Source: Planctomycetota bacterium (GTDB taxonomy: Bacteria; Planctomycetota; Planctomycetia; Planctomycetales; Planctomycetaceae). From it: DNA of 15,832 bases. The notes beneath the pieces were generated by a model. It searched no databases and was not told the origin of the DNA. It saw nothing but the letters and a program-made list of their open reading frames with translations. The position numbers were made by a program, and so were the translations under genes. Of the stretch, positions 1 through 6,811 are shown in pieces; position 1 is the first letter of the stretch, and every line of letters begins with the position of its first letter. The stretch spans positions 1 to 15,832 of the forward strand of contig CAUZVF010000025.1 in assembly GCA_963582955.1 (NCBI GenBank), given 5' to 3'.

Positions 1-156
1 GCTTTTACTTTTGATGCCGTCTTGTGTCAATCCCGAGTGAATGACGTCGCCGGATCGCCGAAACGTCTTATCTGTCCTGATCGTCCCCGGTTGACTATGC
101 TCTGGCTGTCGCACCAAAGTCTGAACTCACGTGTGATCGCCTAGAATTCGTGGAAG

Positions 157-1338
157 GTGTCAGTCAGTTCAATTGGCCAGGAGCTTCGATCCGTGGAATT
201 GCCGCGAAATCCAACCAGACACGTCAAAATTGGGACGGTGGCCATCGGTGATGGGAATCCTATCGCCGTTCAAAGCATGACGGCAACTCGGACGCAAGAC
301 ATTGATGCGACCGTTGGCCAAATCAACGCGGTTTCCGATGCCGGAGCCGATCTGTTACGAGTTGCCGTTGACAGCCGCAAGGATGCCGAAGCACTGGCGG
401 AAATCCGTAATCAGACGACAGCTAACCTGTCGGTTGACTTGCAAGAAAATTACCGATTGGCCGAACAGGTGGCTCCCTACGTCGACAAGATTCGCTACAA
501 CCCCGGTCACCTCTATCACCACGAACGCGAAAAACCGTGGCAGGACAAAGTCGAATTCATCGCCCGTGTCGCTCAAGAGCATGATTGTGCGGTTCGAGTT
601 GGCGTGAATTGCGGATCCGTCGATCCGGCGAAATCCGACAAATACGCCGACGACGATTCCATCTCGCCCATGTTGGAAAGCGCACTTGACCATTGTGCGT
701 TCCTCGATTCATTGGGATTCACGCGCTATTGCGTTTCGTTGAAAGATTCGAATCCCCAAAAGGTGATCGATGTCAACAAACGCTTTGCCGAGAAACGTCC
801 CGACGTACCGTTGCATTTGGGAGTCACCGAAGCCGGCATGCCGCCCGACGGAATTATCAAGACACGGATTGCTTTCGAGCAACTGATCAGCCAGGGAATC
901 GGTGACACGATACGAGTGTCGTTGACCGTCCCTAACGACCGCAAGCACGAAGAAATCGAAGCCGGCCGTCAGATTCTGACCGACATCGCCGATGGCCGAG
1001 TCCGCTCGGTCGTCGATTTTGGTTTGAACACGCTGAACATCATTAGTTGCCCCAGTTGCTCGCGCGTCGAAAACGAAGCGTTCGTCGAATTGGCGGCCGA
1101 CGTCAAAGCGATGACGGCATACGCCCAGGAACACGCCATCACGATCGCCGTCATGGGTTGCCGAGTGAACGGTCCTGGAGAAACCGACGACGCCGATCTC
1201 GGCCTGTGGTGTGCTCCGAACTTCGTCAATTTGAAACGCGGCGAAGAATCACTGGGAGCTTACCCGTACGACGAAATCCTACCGCGGCTAAAACAGGAAC
1301 TCGACGCGTTGATCGGACAGCGTACCCGTGCGAATTGA
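157..1338 (+). CDS. ispG: 4-hydroxy-3-methylbut-2-en-1-yl diphosphate synthase (IspG/GcpE), MEP isoprenoid pathway, short two-domain bacterial form
   Basis: 393-aa ORF with a GTG start at 157; the N-terminus is bounded by an in-frame TAG at 142-144. IspG signatures in the translation: [38 protein letters not shown], and the C-terminal 4Fe-4S domain ISCPSCSR ... [11 protein letters not shown] (three Cys plus Glu ligands). There is no large internal insertion. Confidence 0.93.
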   Translation: MSVSSIGQELRSVELPRNPTRHVKIGTVAIGDGNPIAVQSMTATRTQDIDATVGQINAVSDAGADLLRVAVDSRKDAEALAEIRNQTTANLSVDLQENYRLAEQVAPYVDKIRYNPGHLYHHEREKPWQDKVEFIARVAQEHDCAVRVGVNCGSVDPAKSDKYADDDSISPMLESALDHCAFLDSLGFTRYCVSLKDSNPQKVIDVNKRFAEKRPDVPLHLGVTEAGMPPDGIIKTRIAFEQLISQGIGDTIRVSLTVPNDRKHEEIEAGRQILTDIADGRVRSVVDFGLNTLNIISCPSCSRVENEAFVELAADVKAMTAYAQEHAITIAVMGCRVNGPGETDDADLGLWCAPNFVNLKRGEESLGAYPYDEILPRLKQELDALIGQRTRAN

Positions 1339-1550
1339 GCGTGTTTCCTTCGCTAAGAAACTGAGGAAGAATTGATTCCCGAAAATCTATTCTGGTGGGT
1401 ACCACGTCTTGCCGTTCAGGCAAGGCGTGTCGCGCAGCGACGGGAAACTGTTCTTTGGCTGGCTGAAAGCAAAGTTCGATACGAGTGCTTACCGGCACAC
1501 TTTGCGAGGCTGTATTTTGGCTCTGATCGTGGTACAGCGATTTCCGTTTC

Positions 1551-1634
1551 GTTTAACGGCAAGCCGCAGGCGACTGCGTTTCGTTGCCGGTCTTCGTTCC
1601 GCGCAACGCGGTCGCCTGCGGCTTGCCGTTAAAC
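1551..1634. repeat. 84-nt palindromic element: 24-bp perfect inverted repeat (1551-1574 / 1611-1634) with 5 further inner base pairs
   Basis: GTTTAACGGCAAGCCGCAGGCGAC (1551-1574) is the exact reverse complement of GTCGCCTGCGGCTTGCCGTTAAAC (1611-1634). Positions 1576-1580 (GCGTT) also pair with 1605-1609 (AACGC) after one T/G position, leaving a 24-nt loop at 1581-1604. The element lies in the 330-bp spacer between convergent ispG and pyrH. Its existence is certain; its function is unknown. Confidence 0.9.
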
Positions 1635-1667
1635 AAAGGAACAACGGTTGCACAGTTTCTCGTTTTG

Positions 1668-2435
1668 CTACTCCGCGTCCTGTGTTGCGATTTCCGAGGC
1701 TGCCACGACGCGTGTTCCAATGCGTTCGCCGGCGATGACGCGTTCGATGTTACCGGATTTCTTGAAGTTGAAAACAACGATGCCGATACCGTGTTCCATG
1801 CAATGGTGTACGGCCTGAGCGTCCATGACCTGCAGGTTTTGTCGCAGGACATCGTTGAACGAGATCACCGAATACCGGACCGCGTGAGGATTTTTTTCGG
1901 GATCTTCCGCGTAAACTCCGTCGACTTTGGTGGCTTTCAGCACGACATCGGCTTCAATCTCACGAGCCCGCAGGGCCGCGGCGGTGTCGGTCGTGACGAA
2001 CGGGCTGCCGGTTCCCGCGGCCAGAATCACAACCCGGCCTTTTTCCAGATGTCGCACGCACCGCCGGCGGATAAACGGTTCGGCAACGCCTTCCATGCGG
2101 ATCGCACTTTGCAGCCGCGTTGGCACGCCGGCGTTTTCCAGCGCGTCTTGCAGAGCCAGTCCGTTGATGACGGTGGCCAGCATTCCCATGTAGTGGGCCG
2201 TCGACGGCGCGATCGCCGCGCTCACGGCCGCGAACTGTTTGCCGCGTAGAATGTTGCCGCCGCCGCAAACAATCGCCAATTGGACTCCCGTTTCGACAAC
2301 GCGTTTGATCTGTTTCGAGAACTCGGCAACCTCCGTCATGCTGATGCCGGATTCCCCACTGCGGCAGAAACTCTCGCCACTGATTTTGAGAATCACACGT
2401 TTGTACACAGATCTCGGCGCGGTTGCTTCCGTCAT
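1668..2435 (-). CDS. pyrH: UMP kinase (uridylate kinase)
   Basis: The track ORF runs to 2516, but homology starts at [12 protein letters not shown]. The ATG at 2435 (cat at 2433-2435) is preceded by GAAAGGAA 7 nt upstream. Amino-acid-kinase fold motifs are present: [49 protein letters not shown]. Stop is TAG at 1668-1670. Confidence 0.92.
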   Translation of the reverse strand: MTEATAPRSVYKRVILKISGESFCRSGESGISMTEVAEFSKQIKRVVETGVQLAIVCGGGNILRGKQFAAVSAAIAPSTAHYMGMLATVINGLALQDALENAGVPTRLQSAIRMEGVAEPFIRRRCVRHLEKGRVVILAAGTGSPFVTTDTAAALRAREIEADVVLKATKVDGVYAEDPEKNPHAVRYSVISFNDVLRQNLQVMDAQAVHHCMEHGIGIVVFNFKKSGNIERVIAGERIGTRVVAASEIATQDAE

Positions 2436-2453
2436 GGTAAAGTTCCTTTCGAC

Positions 2454-2514
2454 GGTAGGACGGGGACTCCTGCCCGTCAGATCAATGATGACGGGCAGGA
2501 GTTCCCATCCTACC
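2454..2514 (-). promoter_or_regulatory. tsf-pyrH intercistronic stem-loop (26-bp arms, 24 Watson-Crick pairs, 9-nt loop)
   Basis: Arms GGTAGGACGGGGACTCCTGCCCGTCA (2454-2479) and TGACGGGCAGGAGTTCCCATCCTACC (2489-2514) are complementary at 24 of 26 positions. The structure starts 13 nt after the tsf stop and ends 18 nt before the pyrH ATG, just upstream of its RBS. No U-tract follows in the sense (minus) orientation. Confidence 0.6.
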
Positions 2515-2526
2515 AATGAAAAACCT

Positions 2527-3363
2527 CTACGTTCCGAGAACCCAACACGTGAATCCGGCCGCTTCCAATCCGTGCTCGGCCAATGCCTGGCTGACCGTCT
2601 TGGAATCGTCCTTGGCGAAGGCTTGTTGCACCAAGACGCCTTGTTCGACGTAGAAGTTCTTCATCCGGCCGTCGACGATCTTGTCGATGATGTTATCCGG
2701 TTTTCCGGTTGCCCGGGCTTCTTCCGACAGACGGTCGCGTTCGGTTTGGACGGCTGCCTGATCCAGTTCGTCCGTCGTCGTCACGCTGGGACGCAAGGCG
2801 GCGATGTGCATGGCGACGTCTCGTAGGACGGGCGATGTGGCATCCTCACCCTTCGCCTGAAACAACGTCCCCGTTTTGCCGTCATGATGGACGTAACCGG
2901 CGACGGGCCCGTCAACACGTGTGACCTTGACCACCACGATTTTCTCGCGGATTTTGTTGACCAGTCCCTCGTAAACTTCATTCAGCGTCTTGCCTTCGAC
3001 ATCGGGCGCCGGTTGAGAAAGCAGTTCTTCTGGGTTTGAGGCTCCCGTGCCATCGAGCATCTGACGAGCGCACTGATTGCCCAGCGACTGAAACTCGTCA
3101 TTAGCCGCGACCGGCGCCGATTCGCACTGAATTTCAACCATTGCCGCGGCGCTGCCGTCGTCCTTCACGATGATTGTAATGCGGCCCTCGCCCGTGGCGT
3201 TGTCGGCACGCTTCAGTTGGATCTTCTTCGATCCGTCCTTCAAAATTTCGATCGCCTTTTCCTGGTCACCATCGGTTTGAACCAATGCTTTTTTGCAATC
3301 CATCATCGGAAGATCGGTCAGCTCGCGAAGAGCCTTGACGGCGGCAGCGGTGATTTCGGCCAT
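2527..3363 (-). CDS. tsf: Translation elongation factor Ts
   Basis: Homology begins at [27 protein letters not shown] (the UBA-like N-terminal EF-Ts domain). The ATG at 3363 is preceded by GAGAAGGAGAAAG. The 70 extra upstream codons in the track ORF are R/H/P-rich and look non-coding. 278 aa, stop TAG at 2527-2529. Confidence 0.93.
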   Translation of the reverse strand: MAEITAAAVKALRELTDLPMMDCKKALVQTDGDQEKAIEILKDGSKKIQLKRADNATGEGRITIIVKDDGSAAAMVEIQCESAPVAANDEFQSLGNQCARQMLDGTGASNPEELLSQPAPDVEGKTLNEVYEGLVNKIREKIVVVKVTRVDGPVAGYVHHDGKTGTLFQAKGEDATSPVLRDVAMHIAALRPSVTTTDELDQAAVQTERDRLSEEARATGKPDNIIDKIVDGRMKNFYVEQGVLVQQAFAKDDSKTVSQALAEHGLEAAGFTCWVLGT

Positions 3364-3510
3364 GTTACTTTCTCCTTCTCTAGTGCGAATGCTGTGCGGA
3401 AATGCGATGGTTGCGATCCGGCGAATCGTATGCCGGTGCGTCAATTCCATTGACACGCCTGAACATGCGGCAGTTCGGCCGGCTTCCGCAAAGCGCGAAC
3501 GTTGTTCGAG

Positions 3511-3557
3511 CAAGAAAACAATCCGTCGCCGCGGCCGATGCTGGCCAGCGGCAACGG
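3511..3557 (-). terminator. Putative intrinsic terminator/attenuator inside the rpsB-tsf spacer
   Basis: The minus-sense RNA reads CCGUUGCCGCUGGCC-AGCAUC-GGCCGCGGCGACGG. That is 14 bp (13 Watson-Crick plus 1 G-U) with one bulged U. It is followed immediately by AUUGUUUUCUUG. The structure lies about 105 nt after the rpsB stop and about 148 nt before the tsf ATG. Confidence 0.45.
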
Positions 3558-3662
3558 AGTATGGCACAGCCATTTTGAAATGTCCGGTTCAAGTTGCCAA
3601 TTCGTGTTCTTCTCACGGCCCGCACGGACAAGACAACATGGCCCCGCCATATATCGAAACGA

Positions 3663-4412
3663 TTAAATACTCGGAACAGCCTTTGGTTCGTCGCCATCCT
3701 GATCGTCGACGACTTTTTTCGGCTCTGGCAGTTTAGCCTTCCCTTCCAGGATCGCTTCCGACAGATAGTTCAAGACCAGACGGATTGAACGGATACTGTC
3801 GTCGTTGCCAGGGATCGGCAGGTCGACGTCATCGGGATCGGAATCGGTGTCGATCAGTGCGACCGTTTTGATTCCCAACAGCCGGCATTCGTTGATGCAG
3901 TTTTTTTCCTTGTTCGGATCGATCACGATGACCGCTTCCGGCAGCCGGTTCATCTCGCGAATCCCTCCCAAGTTTCGGTTGATCTTTCGAAACTCACGAG
4001 TAACGCGGGCTTGCTGCTTTTTGGAATAAGTTGCCAGATCTCCGCTCTCGTTCAGCTCTTCCAATTCTTCCAACCGGCGCAATCGGCTGCGGACCGTGCG
4101 GAAGTTCGTGAGTGTCCCGCCCAGCCATCTCTCTGTACACCAGGGCATTTCCGTTGCCGCAGCCGCTTCGGTGATCGGTCCGGCCGCCTGTCGTTTCGTG
4201 CCGACAAACAGAATCAGGCTGCCTTGTCCCGACACGCGTTTCAGATACCGCTGAGCCCGCAGCAATCCGCGAACGGTTTCCTTGATATCAATGATGTGGA
4301 TCAGATTGCGACGGCCATAAATGTAGGGCCGCATTTTGGGATTCCATTTACTGGTCCGATGACCGAAATGCACTCCCGACTCGAGGATTTCCTTGACGAC
4401 AATTTCTGCCAC
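3663..4412 (-). CDS. rpsB: 30S ribosomal protein S2
   Basis: S2 signature [41 protein letters not shown] ... LGGIREM ... [25 protein letters not shown] prefer the GTG start at 4412 (cac at 4410-4412), preceded by GGAG in GAACAGGAGATCACAATC-GTG. It gives a typical S2 N-terminus and 249 aa. The alternative ATG at 4439 adds 9 residues. The track start at 4493 is unlikely. Stop is TAA at 3663-3665. Confidence 0.9.
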   Translation of the reverse strand: MAEIVVKEILESGVHFGHRTSKWNPKMRPYIYGRRNLIHIIDIKETVRGLLRAQRYLKRVSGQGSLILFVGTKRQAAGPITEAAAATEMPWCTERWLGGTLTNFRTVRSRLRRLEELEELNESGDLATYSKKQQARVTREFRKINRNLGGIREMNRLPEAVIVIDPNKEKNCINECRLLGIKTVALIDTDSDPDDVDLPIPGNDDSIRSIRLVLNYLSEAILEGKAKLPEPKKVVDDQDGDEPKAVPSI

Positions 4413-4571
4413 GATTGTGATCTCCTGTTCCCGAACCATTCGGGAGGGTAATACTGGGCACACTTGCGACGCAGCAAGCGTTCTTGGCCGCACGTTTTCA
4501 AGAAGAATGAAACTGACACCCCGAAGAATCCACTAGCTCCGTGCGAAAGTGGGTGAAATTCCAAGAGGCAT

Positions 4572-4626
4572 CCCGGCAGTGCCGGGCCGCAAATTCACTC
4601 ACGATCCGCCGTGAGTGCCGAATTTG
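4572..4626 (-). terminator. Tandem hairpins downstream of the accessory cluster (candidate U-less terminator region)
   Basis: Hairpin A: CAAATTCACTCACG (4590-4603) pairs with CGTGAGTGCCGAATTTG (4610-4626), giving 7 + 7 bp with a 3-nt bulge. Hairpin B: CCCGG (4572-4576) pairs with CCGGG (4582-4586). Both lie 75-130 nt after the stop at 4700 and upstream of rpsB. No U-tract is present, so the call is weak. Confidence 0.3.
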
Positions 4627-4699
4627 GAACCGCTTATCGTATTGATTCGCCAAACTTGCGTCAAACCACGCTCTTGCGGCCCAAGATTTCATGTGGGAA

Positions 4700-6811
4700 C
4701 TAAAGAATCTCGACGGTTCCCGCGCTTCCATCAATTGTGATCGAGCTACCATCGACGATTCGCTGGCATGCCGACGGAACCCCAAGAACGGCTGGGACAC
4801 CAAACTCACGGCAAATGACGGCTGTGTGAGAAAGAAGGCCGCCGGTTTCCGTGATGACTCCGGCAACGCGATTAAGGACCGGCGTCCAACCGGGATCGGT
4901 AAACGGACAGACAAGTATTGCGCCGGCGGGGATTTGCGTGGCGTCTTCCACGGTACCGGCGACGCGGGCAGTGCCGCGAATTGTTCCCGGACTGGCTCCG
5001 ATTCCTTGCAGCGCGCCCGTACAAACGACTGGTTTGAATTGAAAGCGGCCGCCAATTTCGTTCGGAGCCTGGAAGTTGCGATAGCTTTCGTAGATTTCGC
5101 GATTGGGTTTCACCGCGGAGCGATCGTCTTCAAAAATCTCGCGGAACGTCATGAAGAAGATGTCGTCGCCAATGCCACGCCGCTCGGCGATTTCCAACAC
5201 ATGGCGGCGAATCAAGTAATACATCCGGCTCGACAGGTCACGTAATTCCTCACGGAGCCAAACGAAATGTCGCAAGCGATCGAGTTTGCGGTTAAATGAA
5301 CGGCGTTTCCAAATCGGTACCCGTGCGACGGCCTCCGCTCGTGCTTGTTCGTATGCCGGTCGCGGATCGGCGGCTTCTTGGCCCGATAAATTGTTGAGCA
5401 GTTGTTCGACGAATTCCCGATCCTCGTCCCAGCGCGGCTGAATGATGTCGAGCCCCAAACGGTACTGGTGTCGGAATTCGCGGAGTAATTGTGTGACGTC
5501 AGAATCGCCGCGCTCGGCCATCTCTCGCATCTTTCGGACGGGTGCCGCGTGACGGAGTGGCGGTAGCGCGGCAACCAATGATGAGTAATCAGCCTGCGGG
5601 AAAGACATCTTGAAATCCATTTTCGCGAGCGAAAGTGCGAAGATCGTTCGAAAATACGTAGATTCCGTTGCGAAGAAATCGCGTTCGATCAGTCGGAGGA
5701 ATGACGAATCAACATCGTCGTCGGCGGTCGGCTCGTACTGCCGCTCGATCTTGTCGAAATCACTTTCCAGCAGCGTCCGCGCGGACGCCGCTTGTTTCTT
5801 GAGGAATGAGCGCACTCCGAACGCGATTGGCAAAACTCGAAACAAGCTCCGCAATGTCAACGGTGTGCAGTTTCCGTCGCCTTCGTAATTGATCTGGACG
5901 CTCAAATCGTTATCGAATTCGCGTTCAACGAAACCTGGAATCTTGGCCACGCATTGTTTGACAGCTCCCAGATTCCAATACGGCCGGCCAAAAAACATCC
6001 GGGCAGCCTGAAAATCATCGGTTAACAATTTGACTTCGCGCAGGCAGCTCTTCAGAGTGGTTTCCCAAATGAAGTCATACAGCGACCACATCAGCGGCGA
6101 GCAAACAGTGCTCGACACGCCGCCATCGCGAAAGTCGGCGTTGGTCCATTCACCGACTTCGGCGAAAAATCCGATGCGAGTGATCGGCCGCGCTTGCAGG
6201 ATGTAAAACACTTCGTCTTCGATCGCGAATTCGATGTCTTGAGGTGTTCCGAAGTGCCGATGGATTTCGCGCGCCGTCGCAGCAATCTCGGACGCGTATT
6301 TCCGCAATAGCGGATCGGTGTTTGGCAGAGCCGACTTGCGGCCGGCCAACAAGTCGTCAGCGAGTCCCTCGCAGGCTTCGATGACGACTTCTTCGGCACC
6401 GGTTGTCGGATTGACCGTGAACGCCACGCCTGCCAAGACGGGCTGCACCATGCGCTGCACGATGACTTGCATTCGTAGTGATTCCGCGGCAATCCCGTTG
6501 TGCCGGCAGTATTCGATGACCGTTGGTGTTCGCAGCGATTCGTGACATTTGCGAACAGCCGCTTCAACTTCATTTGCCGACGACAGATTCAGAAAGCTGC
6601 TGAACTGGCCGGCGAACGACGTGTCTCGCCCGTCTTCGGCCGACGCCGACGAGCGGACGGCCAATGGCGTGCCGAGACGGCTGACAACTTCATCGAAGTC
6701 AGTTGGCGACACAACGAATTCAGGAACACGAAACCCAGCCGACTGCAATTCGCGCAAGACGGCGGCTTTGCCTCCAAGCCTTTGCCGATTTTCACTAACG
6801 AGTGTTGACAT
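4700..6811 (-). CDS. ATP-grasp + swivel phosphohistidine phosphotransferase (PEP-utilizing enzyme family, rifampicin-phosphotransferase/PpsA-like architecture, no PEP/pyruvate TIM-barrel domain)
   Basis: 703 aa. The ATG at 6811 is preceded by GAGAGG and overlaps the upstream gene by 17 nt. The N-terminal PPDK_N-type ATP-grasp covers about aa 1-212: RLGGKAAVLRELQSAGFRVPEFVV, VRSSASAEDGRDTSFAGQF, VIVQRMVQPVLAGVAFTVNPTTG, DIEFAIEDEVFYILQARPIT. The middle domain (about aa 213-595) starts with EWTNADFRDGG..SPLMWS, as in RPH-like proteins. The C-terminal mobile domain is GIGASPGTIRGTARV...ILVCPFTDPGWTPVLNRVAGVITETGGLLSHTAVICREFGVPAVLGV, with the catalytic His candidate at nt 4826-4828. Confidence 0.87.
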   Translation of the reverse strand: MSTLVSENRQRLGGKAAVLRELQSAGFRVPEFVVSPTDFDEVVSRLGTPLAVRSSASAEDGRDTSFAGQFSSFLNLSSANEVEAAVRKCHESLRTPTVIEYCRHNGIAAESLRMQVIVQRMVQPVLAGVAFTVNPTTGAEEVVIEACEGLADDLLAGRKSALPNTDPLLRKYASEIAATAREIHRHFGTPQDIEFAIEDEVFYILQARPITRIGFFAEVGEWTNADFRDGGVSSTVCSPLMWSLYDFIWETTLKSCLREVKLLTDDFQAARMFFGRPYWNLGAVKQCVAKIPGFVEREFDNDLSVQINYEGDGNCTPLTLRSLFRVLPIAFGVRSFLKKQAASARTLLESDFDKIERQYEPTADDDVDSSFLRLIERDFFATESTYFRTIFALSLAKMDFKMSFPQADYSSLVAALPPLRHAAPVRKMREMAERGDSDVTQLLREFRHQYRLGLDIIQPRWDEDREFVEQLLNNLSGQEAADPRPAYEQARAEAVARVPIWKRRSFNRKLDRLRHFVWLREELRDLSSRMYYLIRRHVLEIAERRGIGDDIFFMTFREIFEDDRSAVKPNREIYESYRNFQAPNEIGGRFQFKPVVCTGALQGIGASPGTIRGTARVAGTVEDATQIPAGAILVCPFTDPGWTPVLNRVAGVITETGGLLSHTAVICREFGVPAVLGVPSACQRIVDGSSITIDGSAGTVEIL

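Noticed and set aside
1-144. An open plus-strand frame from the window edge to the TAG at 142-144, possibly the 3' end of an upstream gene. A possible divergent minus-strand start also lies near 28-30.
   Set aside because: The translation (AFTFDAVLCQSRVNDVAGSPKRL...) has no recognisable features, and 47 open codons at an edge is not evidence. It cannot be supported from this window.
1372-1738. Two overlapping plus-strand ORFs (86 and 109 aa) and a minus-strand ORF (1553-1852) in the ispG-pyrH spacer.
   Set aside because: They have no family resemblance. Their shared peptides (NGKPQATA, SPAACR) are an artefact of translating the two arms of the 24-bp palindrome. No RBS is present.
2436-2516. 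The ORF track extends pyrH 27 codons upstream (start at 2516).
   Set aside because: The extension is encoded by the arms of the 26-bp intercistronic hairpin. The ATG at 2435 has an RBS and gives a normal UMP kinase N-terminus.
3364-3573. The ORF track extends tsf 70 codons upstream (start at 3573).
   Set aside because: EF-Ts homology begins exactly at the ATG at 3363, which has a strong AAGGAG-like RBS. The extension ([20 protein letters not shown]...) is R/H/P-rich with no family resemblance, and it overlaps the terminator-like hairpin.
1668-4412. The rpsB-tsf-pyrH block is not followed by frr, as it is in many bacteria.
   Set aside because: Operon breakpoints after pyrH occur in various lineages, and frr may simply be elsewhere. 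This is not informative without the whole genome.
4413-4493. Longer N-termini for rpsB (track start 4493; ATG at 4439).
   Set aside because: S2 proteins normally begin a few residues before the VKE(L/I)LE.GVHFGH motif. GTG 4412 has a GGAG RBS at suitable spacing. ATG 4439 cannot be excluded and is noted in the feature. 4493 adds an implausible Cys/Pro-rich leader.
4700-6811. Calling this gene phosphoenolpyruvate synthase (ppsA) or a rifampicin-resistance rph gene.
   Set aside because: There is no C-terminal PEP/pyruvate TIM-barrel domain, so it is not a true PpsA. The RPH-like architecture alone does not establish rifampicin as the substrate. The translational coupling to the reductase-aminotransferase fusion points to a cluster-specific role. 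I therefore left the gene symbol empty.
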